This document shows, piece after piece, positions 8,484-17,828 of a DNA stretch of 26,367 bases. Numbering within the stretch: position 1 is the stretch's first letter; every line of letters starts with the position of its first letter. The notes under the pieces are model-generated. The model had not been told where the DNA came from. It saw only the letters and a list, made by a program, of their open reading frames with translations, and ran no database searches. The stretch is from Candidatus Bathyarchaeia archaeon (GTDB lineage: Archaea; Thermoproteota; Bathyarchaeia; Bathyarchaeales; Bathycorpusculaceae): contig JBEKXL010000029.1 in NCBI GenBank assembly GCA_049512075.1, positions 1-26,367 of the forward strand. Direction: 5' to 3'. A program made the position numbers and the translations under genes.

Positions 8484-9728
8484 ATGGCAACCACTAATTC
8501 CGTAAAACAGCACAAACTGAGAAAGTTCATAGCGTGCCTATCAGACAAAGAGGGGAGGGGAATGGAGTTCATCTCGCTCTACATACCTCGGGAGAAATCA
8601 ATAGATGAGATAGTCGCAATCCTCAGGGAGGAGTCTGATTCTGCTGTCATGAAATCTGAGAGCGTTAGGGATCGCCTTCAAGACGCCCTCAAGAATGTAA
8701 TCCAGCGTCTGAAGCTGCAGAAGGAAATTCCAGAGAATGGGCTCGCGATATTTGCTGGAACTTTCGTCGCGAACGATCCGGAAAGCGAAGTTTTGAACGT
8801 CGAAGAGCTCGTCCCACCAGAGCCGATTACCGCCTATCTTTACGAGGTTGACGACCATTTCCGGTTAGAGCCGCTAAGGGAAATGCTGAGAGACCAAAGA
8901 GTTGTGGGGCTTGTCGCCATGGATTCAAAGGAGGCTAGCTTTGGGATACTCAATGGGGAACGCCTCGAATTAATCGAAAATATCACGTCGGGAATTCCTG
9001 GAAAGTCTGGAAAGGGCGGGGCGAGCCAAAGGAGGTACGAAAGAGAGCGCGACATGGAGCTCGCATACTATTTCCACAGGGTTGCGGAGCATGCAACAAA
9101 GGCATTTCTCGAGAACCATAAAGTTACGGTGTTGATAGTTGGAGGACCGGGTCCAACGAAAGAGGATTTCTTGAAGGGTGATTACCTTCATTATGAGCTA
9201 AAGAATGCGCTTCTGGGCAGAGTTGATACGCAATCCGCCGGCAGAGAAGGGGTGAGAGAGGTGCTTGGCAAATCATCTGAGGCACTGAAGAATATGTGTG
9301 CGCCAGAGCAGAAGAGTATCGTGCAGCGCCTTCTGGCAGATATGGGCAAGCAAGACGGTTTGGCTATTGCCGGCCTAGATTCAGTGTTGAACGCGCTTAA
9401 GAATGGTGAAGTGGAAGTTGCACTTGTGACAGATAGTACAGATATGATTGAAATTGTTGTAATGTGCAAAAGATGCGAACTATCAAGGGCGAAGATAGTA
9501 GATAAGAGGAAGAAGGTTCAAACTGTACAGGAAATGATATCTAGCCCATGCGAGAAGTGCAACGCGGTTGAATACGAGGTGGAGGAGAAGGACATAATAG
9601 ATGTCTTAGAGGATGTGGCTTCACAGACAGACGCAAGGGTTGAGGTGATATCTCCAGAGTCGGAAGAAAAAGCAAAGCTCACAGCTTTGGGAGGCTTTGC
9701 CGCTCTCTTGAGATACAGACCTGGATAA
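8484..9728 (+). CDS. Peptide chain release factor aRF1 paralogue with degenerate motifs
   Basis: Full three-domain aeRF1 architecture (KEGRGMEFISLYIP, PENGLAIFAG, IVGGPGPTKEDF, LGGFAALLRY) with a CxxC..CxxC minidomain. GGQ is GGA and NIKS is VMKS. ATG 8484 chosen as start; the ORF is open from 8436. Confidence 0.9.
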   Translation: MATTNSVKQHKLRKFIACLSDKEGRGMEFISLYIPREKSIDEIVAILREESDSAVMKSESVRDRLQDALKNVIQRLKLQKEIPENGLAIFAGTFVANDPESEVLNVEELVPPEPITAYLYEVDDHFRLEPLREMLRDQRVVGLVAMDSKEASFGILNGERLELIENITSGIPGKSGKGGASQRRYERERDMELAYYFHRVAEHATKAFLENHKVTVLIVGGPGPTKEDFLKGDYLHYELKNALLGRVDTQSAGREGVREVLGKSSEALKNMCAPEQKSIVQRLLADMGKQDGLAIAGLDSVLNALKNGEVEVALVTDSTDMIEIVVMCKRCELSRAKIVDKRKKVQTVQEMISSPCEKCNAVEYEVEEKDIIDVLEDVASQTDARVEVISPESEEKAKLTALGGFAALLRYRPG

Positions 9729-9958
9729 AGTGGAATGAGAATCGCGCGCGCTATTTGAAATAGCGAATTTCGGAGAAAAGGGCGAGCGTATCAAAAACAC
9801 TAACAATACGTGTAAATCAATTATGAGAAGGATGGGTTCAAATCTCAACACATCATGTGACACGATAGCTCAACTGAAGCATCAATCACATTTTTTATAG
9901 CCCGCCTTCCATTAATCCTTCAGGACAAAATGAGAAGAACGATTATCAGGCGGTTTCT

Positions 9959-12490
9959 CTGAGTAATCAAGATAGCCTAAATCAACAATCATTCTGGAGC
10001 CTCCCCGCTTCTGAACTTCTCGAACGACTTAAAACGACACCGAAGGGGTTGACTGACGAAGAAGCTGGAAAACGACTCACGCAATATGGCGCCAATCTTC
10101 TGAAGCCCAAGAAAAGATCAAACGCGCTTACGCTCCTGCTAACTCAATTCAAGAGTCCACTTATCCTCATTCTCATCTTTGCAGGGGGATTATCATTCTT
10201 CCTCGGCGATCCCGTGAACGCTCTCATCATCCTAACGATCATCCTCATAAGCAGCCTCCTTGGCTTCTGGCAGGAACGAGGTGCAGCCAATGCCGTCGAA
10301 AAGCTACTAGCTATCGTCCAGACCAAAGCAACGGTACTTCGCGATGGAAATCAAAAGGAAATACCAGTCGAAAAAATTGTGCCAGGCGATGTCATCATCC
10401 TCAACGCTGGAGACCTGATCCCTGGAGACTCCATAATTCTAGAATCAAAGGATCTCTTCGTAAACGAAGCATCTTTGACGGGAGAAACTTATCCGGCTGA
10501 GAAAATTGTTGGGATCCTGCCACCAAGAACATCGCTTAGTAAGCGGACAAATAGTCTTTTCATGGGAACAAACGTGGTCAGCGGCAGCGCACAGGCTGTG
10601 GTTGCGGGAACCGGTTCAAAAACGGAGTTCGGCAAAGTTTCTGAGCGGCTGAAACTCAGGCCGCCAGAAACAGAGTTTGAACATGGAATCCGGCATTTCG
10701 GGTATCTCCTCATGGAAGTAACGCTGGTGTTGGTGGTCGCCACATTCGCCATAAACGTGTATTTTGCGCGTCCAGTACTGGAATCGCTTCTCTTTTCTTT
10801 AGCACTCGCTGTTGGACTGACCCCGCAACTGCTGCCTGCCATTATCAGCATTAACTTGGCTCACGGAGCCAGGAAAATGGCAACTCAGAAAGTGATTGTT
10901 AAGCGACTCGCATCTATTGAAAACTTCGGCAGCATGAACGTTCTCTGTTCCGACAAGACTGGCACCCTCACGGGAGGCGTGATAAAAATACAGTCTGTCC
11001 TTGATTTTAACGGAAATCCGAACGAGAGAGCGCTACTCTACGCCTTTCTTAACGCTTCTTACCAGACAGGATTCACAAATCCAATCGACGAAGCGATTCG
11101 CGCAAACCATCTTGACTTGTCAGGTTACCAAAAGCTGGATGAGGTGCCGTACGATTTTATTCGAAAGCGACTAAGCATCCTGGTATCGAAGGACAATAAG
11201 AATCTGATGGTTACTAAAGGTGCATTGCAGAATGTGCTTGATGTGTGCACCCGAGTTGAAACTTCCGAAGGGACGATCGTGCAAATCGCTGGGGTGCAAC
11301 AACAGATCCAGCAACGCTTCGAAGAGTTCAGTAGCAAGGGTTTTCGTGTCCTAGGGATCGCTTACAGAGATATTGGATCTGATAAACTCATTGCTAAAGA
11401 TAGTGAAGTCGACATGACTTTCTTGGGATTCCTTGTTCTCTTTGATCCCGCCAAGCCTAAAATCGCTGAGACAATTGAAGAGTTGAAACATCTTGGCATA
11501 TCGCTAAAGATTGTAACTGGAGACAATCGATTGGTTGCGGCCAGCCTCAGTCAGCAGGTCGGGTTCTCAACTCCGAAAATTCTCTCGGGGTCGGATCTTC
11601 GTGTGTTGAGTGATGAAGCGTTGCTCGGACAGGTGAATGAAGTTGACGTGTTCGCAGAAGTTGAGCCAAACCAGAAGGAACGGATCATTCTCGCGCTCAA
11701 GAAAGCCGGAAATGTGGTGGGATACTTGGGCGATGGAATCAACGATGCCTCAGCTCTCCACGCCGCTGATGTTGGTCTCTCGGTTGAGAGCGCTGTGGAT
11801 GTTGCCAAAGAATCCGCTGACATCGTTCTTCTTGAAAAAGACTTGGGCGTGCTCGCATGTGGAGTGAAAGAGGGAAGGAAAACCTTTGCTAACACTCTCA
11901 AGTACGTGTTCATGGCAACAAGCGCCAACTTCGGAAACATGTTCAGCATGGCAGGAGCATCACTCTTTCTGTCATTTCTTCCCCTGCTTCCCAGACAGAT
12001 TTTGCTCACCAATCTGATGACAGATTTCCCAGAGACAACCATCGCCACGGACAATGTGGATAGTGAAATGGTTGAACAGCCCCGTCGCTGGAACGTCACC
12101 TTCATCCGCAATTTCATGATAGTTTTCGGGATTCTAAGTTCGGTGTTTGATTATCTCGCCTTTGGAGTACTTCTTCTTGTTTTGAAAAGCCCGATGACCC
12201 TATTTAGAACCGGCTGGTTCATAGAGTCGGTTATTTCAGCAAGTTTGATTGTGCTAGTTATTCGAAGCAGAAGACCTTTCTTCAAAAGTTTTCCTGGGAA
12301 ATATCTGCTGTTAACCACAATAGTGATTGTTGGTGCCACACTTATCTTCCCCTTCACTCCGCTCGGCAACCTATTCGGATTTGCTCAGCCACCCCTCTTG
12401 GTTCTTCTTTTGATGTCGATAATCGTGGTACTCTACATCATCCTGGGCGAAGTGGCAAAAGGAATCTTTTACAAGCGAGTAAAATTCTGA
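9959..12490 (+). CDS. mgtA: Magnesium-translocating P-type ATPase
   Basis: TGE, AVGLTPQLLP, CSDKTGTLT, PYDFIRKR, TGDN, GDGIND and SANFGNMFS motifs. The frame extends upstream of 10049 (FWSLPASELLERLKTTPKGLT) to a CTG at 9959 behind AGGCGG. Confidence 0.93.
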   Translation: MSNQDSLNQQSFWSLPASELLERLKTTPKGLTDEEAGKRLTQYGANLLKPKKRSNALTLLLTQFKSPLILILIFAGGLSFFLGDPVNALIILTIILISSLLGFWQERGAANAVEKLLAIVQTKATVLRDGNQKEIPVEKIVPGDVIILNAGDLIPGDSIILESKDLFVNEASLTGETYPAEKIVGILPPRTSLSKRTNSLFMGTNVVSGSAQAVVAGTGSKTEFGKVSERLKLRPPETEFEHGIRHFGYLLMEVTLVLVVATFAINVYFARPVLESLLFSLALAVGLTPQLLPAIISINLAHGARKMATQKVIVKRLASIENFGSMNVLCSDKTGTLTGGVIKIQSVLDFNGNPNERALLYAFLNASYQTGFTNPIDEAIRANHLDLSGYQKLDEVPYDFIRKRLSILVSKDNKNLMVTKGALQNVLDVCTRVETSEGTIVQIAGVQQQIQQRFEEFSSKGFRVLGIAYRDIGSDKLIAKDSEVDMTFLGFLVLFDPAKPKIAETIEELKHLGISLKIVTGDNRLVAASLSQQVGFSTPKILSGSDLRVLSDEALLGQVNEVDVFAEVEPNQKERIILALKKAGNVVGYLGDGINDASALHAADVGLSVESAVDVAKESADIVLLEKDLGVLACGVKEGRKTFANTLKYVFMATSANFGNMFSMAGASLFLSFLPLLPRQILLTNLMTDFPETTIATDNVDSEMVEQPRRWNVTFIRNFMIVFGILSSVFDYLAFGVLLLVLKSPMTLFRTGWFIESVISASLIVLVIRSRRPFFKSFPGKYLLLTTIVIVGATLIFPFTPLGNLFGFAQPPLLVLLLMSIIVVLYIILGEVAKGIFYKRVKF

Positions 12491-12922
12491 ACCCAACCCC
12501 GTGAAAAGGCCGCCCCTTGAAAACTAGCGGCCGCTAAAGTGGATTGCTTAAACATTAGCGCGCAAGCTAGAGGCAGGTGCGCCTGCGACACTATGACGGA
12601 ACTGCAACGGAAGATGCCTGAGATTGCTACAAAAAAGAACGATGCATTTGTGGCAGACTAAAGCGCGGACTAGTTTTTCTTTCGTCTCTGAAACTTTTTC
12701 AATATTCTCTTTTTGGGAAGCTTTGGTCTTTTCACATGTTCCTCGTCAGTAGTTGCCAAGATAATGCCCAGAACTTACATTGCTCTACGTTTCTTTTGTA
12801 CGTTACTGCTATTGCGCGTGCGAGAAAAGACATGGATGAAGAGAGGGAATATTTGTGGTGTTTCCGCCAGAAACAGACCCCCTAAACCGAAGCCCTTCTC
12901 TTTATCTGGGGCCAACTCGTGT

Positions 12923-14695
12923 TCAGAGGTAGGCGTCAGTCGCGTATCTGCGCATCATCCGGTGAGTGTTGAAATAATATGCAACTTTTCCTATAGAGTT
13001 TTTCATCAGGCTTATCCAACTGTCGCGCTCCTGGTAGAATCTTGGAATAATGAGGTATTCCAGTTTGTTGTAGAGGTCCCCCAGTTCTCTTTTTCTTCTT
13101 TCTTCTTCGCTTATCGCTTGATCAGGGGATGGACCTATCGCCCACCCTGTGAGGCCTTCGACACAGCCTTCTATCCACCAGCCATCTAGGACGCTGAAGT
13201 TAACTACACCGTTGTGCGCTGCTTTCATCCCGCTTGTCCCAGAAGCCTCATACGGCGGCAAGGGCGTATTCAGCCAAACATCAACTCCGGAAGTCAGTTT
13301 CCCCGCCATTTCCATGTTGTAGTTTTCAAGATAGACGATTTCAACCTCATTCTTCAATCGGTCAATGTACCCGTAGATGTCTCTTATTAGTCTCTTACCC
13401 ATCTCGTCTCTGGGGTGCGCCTTTCCAGCGAAAACCAGCTGAATCTTTCCCTGTCTTTCCACTTCCTCAAGTTTCTCTAGGTCTGAAAAGATCATGGTGG
13501 CTCTCTTGTACTCTGTGGCTCTTCTGGCAAAGCCCAAAGTCAACGTGTCAACATCCATCCTTACACCCGCATTCTCGTCAACAAAGTCGAGCAAATCCCG
13601 TTTTGCTTTCATGTGTGCTTCCCACAATTCTTCATCTGGAATCGCGTCAACTCTTACTAGAAGTTCCGGTTCGTTTGCCCATCCTCGAATGTGCGAGTCG
13701 AAAAGCTGTCTGAAGTGCTGGCAGGTCCACGTGTAGGAGTGAACGCCATTTGTTATTTCTTGTATGTGGTACCCGGGGAAGAGCTTTCTCGAGTACTCCA
13801 TGTGCGCCTCTGTCACGCCGTTAGTGTATTTACTCAAGTTCAAAGCCAGAAGCGTCATGTTCAATCGGTCCGACCCACCGTACCTCTTCAAGACCTCGGG
13901 GGGCACTTCGGTTCCAAGCACTTCCGAGACAAGGTCATAAGAGAATTTGTCAAATGCAGCCTCAACAGGCGTGTGAGTGGTGAAAACACACAAGTTCTTC
14001 ACTTTATCAGCGTCCATCTCATTTCTTCTCAAGAGCTCGAGAGTGAGAAGACTGGAATGGCCTTCATTCATGTGATACTTTTTGACGTTGATGTTTAAGG
14101 CTTCAAGGATTCTTACACCGCCTATGCCTAAGACTGTCTCCTGTTTCAGCCGATATGTTTCGTCGCCCCCGTAAAGAAAATCAGTTATCTCTCTGTCCTC
14201 TTGGGCGTTTCCTTCAACGTCCGTCGTGAGAAACAGAACTGGAACAATTCCACCGGTCAAACTCTCTTGATCAAAAACCCAAACTCCAACCTTGACATCC
14301 CTTCCACCGATTCTCACTGTCACGGTTGCTGGCAACAATCTCATAAACTTGGAAGGCTCCCACTCCTCCGGGTAGTCCATTTGCGTTCCATCCGGCGTTA
14401 TCTTCTGTTTCAGATAGCCCTTCCTGCTGACCAGGGTGACTGCAATCAATGGGATTCTCAAGTCTGCGCTTGATCTAATCACGTCTCCCGCCAAAACCCC
14501 CAGCCCGCCGCTGTAGGTTGGCATGTCACTCTTTGCACCGATTTCCATGGAAAAATAAGCGACCTTAGGACCTTCAATGAAGCTGCGCATGCAATACTCA
14601 CTATCAAAATAATACTGTTCAGTCAAAAACTCCGTCTTGAACACTGCTTTTTCAGGATCTAAGGGCATCCCACAAACAGGATCTTTTACACTCAC
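12923..14695 (-). CDS. glgP: Alpha-glucan (glycogen/maltodextrin) phosphorylase with N-terminal YHS domain
   Basis: VAYFSMEIG, YSGGLGVLAGD, HMNEGH, ITNGVH, GFARRATEYKR and the PLP site EASGTSGMKA. N-terminus KDPVCGM...YYFDSEYC. Confidence 0.93.
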   Translation of the reverse strand: MSVKDPVCGMPLDPEKAVFKTEFLTEQYYFDSEYCMRSFIEGPKVAYFSMEIGAKSDMPTYSGGLGVLAGDVIRSSADLRIPLIAVTLVSRKGYLKQKITPDGTQMDYPEEWEPSKFMRLLPATVTVRIGGRDVKVGVWVFDQESLTGGIVPVLFLTTDVEGNAQEDREITDFLYGGDETYRLKQETVLGIGGVRILEALNINVKKYHMNEGHSSLLTLELLRRNEMDADKVKNLCVFTTHTPVEAAFDKFSYDLVSEVLGTEVPPEVLKRYGGSDRLNMTLLALNLSKYTNGVTEAHMEYSRKLFPGYHIQEITNGVHSYTWTCQHFRQLFDSHIRGWANEPELLVRVDAIPDEELWEAHMKAKRDLLDFVDENAGVRMDVDTLTLGFARRATEYKRATMIFSDLEKLEEVERQGKIQLVFAGKAHPRDEMGKRLIRDIYGYIDRLKNEVEIVYLENYNMEMAGKLTSGVDVWLNTPLPPYEASGTSGMKAAHNGVVNFSVLDGWWIEGCVEGLTGWAIGPSPDQAISEEERRKRELGDLYNKLEYLIIPRFYQERDSWISLMKNSIGKVAYYFNTHRMMRRYATDAYL

Positions 14696-14835
14696 AGCAC
14701 CACACTCGCGTACGTCAGTAGTTGGCGTGTCTTGCCTGATTACTCTTATAGCGCTTTTGCATTAGTAGAACATAGCGGGTAAAGATTTATCTCCAAAATC
14801 AGCAGTAGTACCTGTAACTGTCTTGAGGTGGTTTT

Positions 14836-15795
14836 TTGTCAGCTACCACATATTCCCGTGCTCCAAAGGTTGCCGTAATCGGAGCAGGATTTGTAGGATC
14901 ATCGTTTGCCTACTCTCTGATGATTCATGGAACTGTTTCAGAGATAGTGCTCATCGACGTTGATAAGAAAAGAGCTGAGGGTGAGGCTATGGATCTGAAC
15001 CATGGTGTGTCCTTCGTTCAACCTGTCAGAGTCTGGGCTGGAGACTACCAAGATTGTCAAGACGCGGACATTGTTGTTATCACCGCTGGGCTGGCTCAAA
15101 AGCCAGGTGAATCACGACTGGACCTGGTGACGAGCAATGTTGGGATTTTTAGACAAATCATCCCAAAGATAAAGGAATACAACAGAACGGGCATCCTTCT
15201 GGTTGCGACAAATCCTGTTGACTTGATGACTTATGCGGCCTTGAAACTCTCGGGTTTTCCGTCTAGCAGGGTGATTGGTTCTGGCACAATATTGGATACG
15301 TCACGTTTGCGGTACTTGTTGGGAGAGCACCTCAAAGTTGATCCAAGGAACGTTCATGCTTACATTATTGGCGAGCATGGAGACAGTGAAGTACCTGCTT
15401 GGAGTTTGGCAAGCGTCGGGGGCACGAGGCTTAAGGATTACAGTGCAGTTCTCGGCCAAGGGCTTGACGATCTATATTTGAATAACATGTTTGAACAGGT
15501 GAAGAACGCGGCTTACAAGATTATTGAGCTTAAGGGAAGGACGTACTACGCGATTGGGCTTGGCCTCACCAGAATCGTTGAAAGCATAATTCGCGATGAA
15601 AACGCGATCCTCACAGTTTCAAGTCTACTCCACGACTATTATGGGGTGGATGACATTTGTCTTAGCGTTCCAACAATTGTTAACAGAAACGGCGTGAGAG
15701 AAGTTCTGAAGTTACCCTTGACGGAAGAGGAAATCACGAAGCTTCAGAGCTCAGCGTCCACGCTGAAGAACATCGTGAAGTCGCTAACTCTCTAG
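14836..15795 (+). CDS. ldh: L-lactate dehydrogenase
   Basis: GAGFVG Rossmann motif, TAGLAQKPGESRLDL (Gln at the specificity position, not the Arg of MDH), NPVD, LDTSR and GEHGDS. GAGGTG RBS, TTG start. Confidence 0.92.
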   Translation: MSATTYSRAPKVAVIGAGFVGSSFAYSLMIHGTVSEIVLIDVDKKRAEGEAMDLNHGVSFVQPVRVWAGDYQDCQDADIVVITAGLAQKPGESRLDLVTSNVGIFRQIIPKIKEYNRTGILLVATNPVDLMTYAALKLSGFPSSRVIGSGTILDTSRLRYLLGEHLKVDPRNVHAYIIGEHGDSEVPAWSLASVGGTRLKDYSAVLGQGLDDLYLNNMFEQVKNAAYKIIELKGRTYYAIGLGLTRIVESIIRDENAILTVSSLLHDYYGVDDICLSVPTIVNRNGVREVLKLPLTEEEITKLQSSASTLKNIVKSLTL

Positions 15796-15804
15796 GTATC
15801 AATA

Positions 15805-16039
15805 GCGCGCATGCGTGTTCCTAAAATGGTTAAAAATGGTCTTAATTCCTCTTTGTGGATTTGGGGGCAGTTTTAAGGTGCAAATCTGTTTTGCGGCGCG
15901 ATTTGTGGGAAAGCCCACGCTTTTTGCCATGCCTCGACAGTATCAAGATTCGTATTTCAAACCAAGCCCATATTGGACCCGAACGGCTAAAAGAGGAATA
16001 AAAACCATTTTTGACCAATTTAGGAACAAGTATGCGCGC
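15805..16039. mobile_element. MITE-like element, 235 bp, with 50-bp terminal inverted repeats beginning GCGCGC
   Basis: 15805-15854 matches the reverse complement of 15990-16039 at 44/50 positions. No transposase inside. Confidence 0.85.
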
Positions 16040-16366
16040 TTGTTAAAGGGGCGGAGTTATCCGGCGACAGTCTCATTGCGAATTTTAACATTATACTTGA
16101 CACTTCTTTCCAAGATGACACAGAAGTGCTTCTAAATATCTTTCTCCAGTACCCCCAGTACAGCGCTGAGGTAACCAGAGCCATGTTGAATGAGCCTTCT
16201 TTGACTCCTAGCCTACCCTGAGACTCTGCAGAAAACCTTCGCACGTGAAGGAGTCCGGCGCACGCGTAATGCGGTGTTGTCGGCCCCGCGCGCGCTCTGA
16301 CAACACTGGAGAACGCACATTTTCATACATAGTTTATTCCTCTTTCTAGATTTCAACGCACATGTG

Positions 16367-16405
16367 AGTTTGTCTTCTGTTGCTGTGCAGATTAAAGATT
16401 TCTGT
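16367..16405 (-). promoter_or_regulatory. Promoter-leader repeat copy, truncated before the RBS
   Basis: 16367-16403 is identical over 37 bp to 17003-17039. Confidence 0.8.
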
Positions 16406-16462
16406 ACTGCATAGCTTAGACTAGGAAAAGGAAGGACGGTTCTATGGAATTATGGGATGCCA

Positions 16463-16990
16463 TCAAAGTGGCTCGACTGTTAGAGCTTCGATGTAGTAGG
16501 TGTCCGTGCTTCCTTGACCTGTATATGTTATTTCGCCTTTTTCGATAACTCCGTGAATCCTTACATATGCAGAGTTAAACAACACCTGATTCCATAGACT
16601 CGTGCTCATATTAACGCTGGCACTCAAAGACACCCCAATCATTTGACCGTCAGAACTGAGTTCGTAGTTATAAGGTGACCGTACAATGACTGGGAAGGGG
16701 AAGCTGTAAAGATTACCTTCAACTATTACTGTCCTGCTCACCCAAGCAGAAGGATTGCTCGTGATTGTTCCTAGGGGAATTACTGTCACATTCAAAAGCT
16801 CATTCAATTGGTCTTGCAGATATGTGATTTGAGAGTTCATAAGAACAACTGTTCCAGCAAGAACAGCTACCAAAACAATGCATATTATTCCGAGTGCAAC
16901 AGCAACATTTCTACTAACCATTTTCTTTGGTTTCGTTTCGCTTGGTTTTGTTTCGTTTGGTTTCGTTTCATCGACTTTTGTTTCACTCAT
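16463..16990 (-). CDS. Membrane-anchored protein with possible OB-fold extracellular domain
   Basis: Four ETKxx repeats, TM helix VAVALGIICIVLVAVLAG, a short coiled coil, then a beta-rich domain. Confidence 0.8.
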   Translation of the reverse strand: MSETKVDETKPNETKPSETKPKKMVSRNVAVALGIICIVLVAVLAGTVVLMNSQITYLQDQLNELLNVTVIPLGTITSNPSAWVSRTVIVEGNLYSFPFPVIVRSPYNYELSSDGQMIGVSLSASVNMSTSLWNQVLFNSAYVRIHGVIEKGEITYTGQGSTDTYYIEALTVEPL

Positions 16991-17039
16991 TTTTGAACCT
17001 CTAGTTTGTCTTCTGTTGCTGTGCAGATTAAAGATTTCT
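16981..17039 (-). promoter_or_regulatory. Complete promoter-leader-RBS-start module
   Basis: AGAAATCTTTAAT (BRE/TATA-like), then CTGCACAGCAACAGAAGACAAACTA, GAGGT, TCAAAA and ATGAGTGAAA. Confidence 0.8.
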
Positions 17040-17074
17040 ATCCTTAGAGGTCTAGCTAGAGCCTTTTGTACGGC

Positions 17075-17545
17075 ATGGCTAAGACTAGAAAAACAAGTTT
17101 TATTACCGAGTTGAATACTCTATTATTTGGGGAAAAGGTGACTCAACCACCACCACCGCCGTCAGAAGCCAAGAAGCCAAATCCGTGGAAGATTCTCACA
17201 GTTATATTGTTAGTGGGTATAATCGGCATGGGAACAGTAATTGGAATTTTGTGGTCGGGGCAAACAAAACAGTCTGGATATACACGAGTCTTTGTCTTTA
17301 GTGATGATGTGGCATATGCTACACTTAATAATTACAGCTATACTTTCCTCTACAAATGGGGGGGCTATAACGCATATGACCCGCAAAAGCCGATTGAAAT
17401 TGATGTGGCAGGACTATCGCAAACTCTTCCAGCAACGCAAGGACAAACATATAACGTTTTAGGAATTGAAGTGGTTGTGTCGCAGGTCTATAATGACTAC
17501 GTGATTCTTCTAGTAAAGCCACTTCCGTTCGCAGGTATTCCATAA
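17075..17545 (+). CDS. Single-TM membrane-anchored protein
   Basis: Pro-rich N-terminus, one TM helix and a beta-rich C-terminal domain. Start uncertain (17066, 17075 or 17138). Confidence 0.7.
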   Translation: MAKTRKTSFITELNTLLFGEKVTQPPPPPSEAKKPNPWKILTVILLVGIIGMGTVIGILWSGQTKQSGYTRVFVFSDDVAYATLNNYSYTFLYKWGGYNAYDPQKPIEIDVAGLSQTLPATQGQTYNVLGIEVVVSQVYNDYVILLVKPLPFAGIP

Positions 17546-17828
17546 TCGCTTTTATTTTCCTGTTCTACCACTTTCACATATTCTTTTCTTTAGTTTAGTC
17601 TCTCGGTCCTTAAGGCTTTAGTTTGTTCTAGGTTTTAGTATAGTCTTTGTGGGTGGTCCTAGAGCCTCACAGTGTAAACTTGGACATCAACAGCTAATCA
17701 ACAATCCCTCTTTTTTCTATAGTTTAATTAATCCTTATCACTATGGTAGACTAGGAGTTAGACTTAGTACTAGAGACAGAAATAGTCTATAAATGAATCA
17801 GTATTAGGTATAGTCTCTTTAGGCCTAT

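Noticed and set aside
15815-16135. 106-aa ORF as a real gene
   Set aside because: It runs through the MITE inverted repeats and the GC junction, with no recognisable motif.
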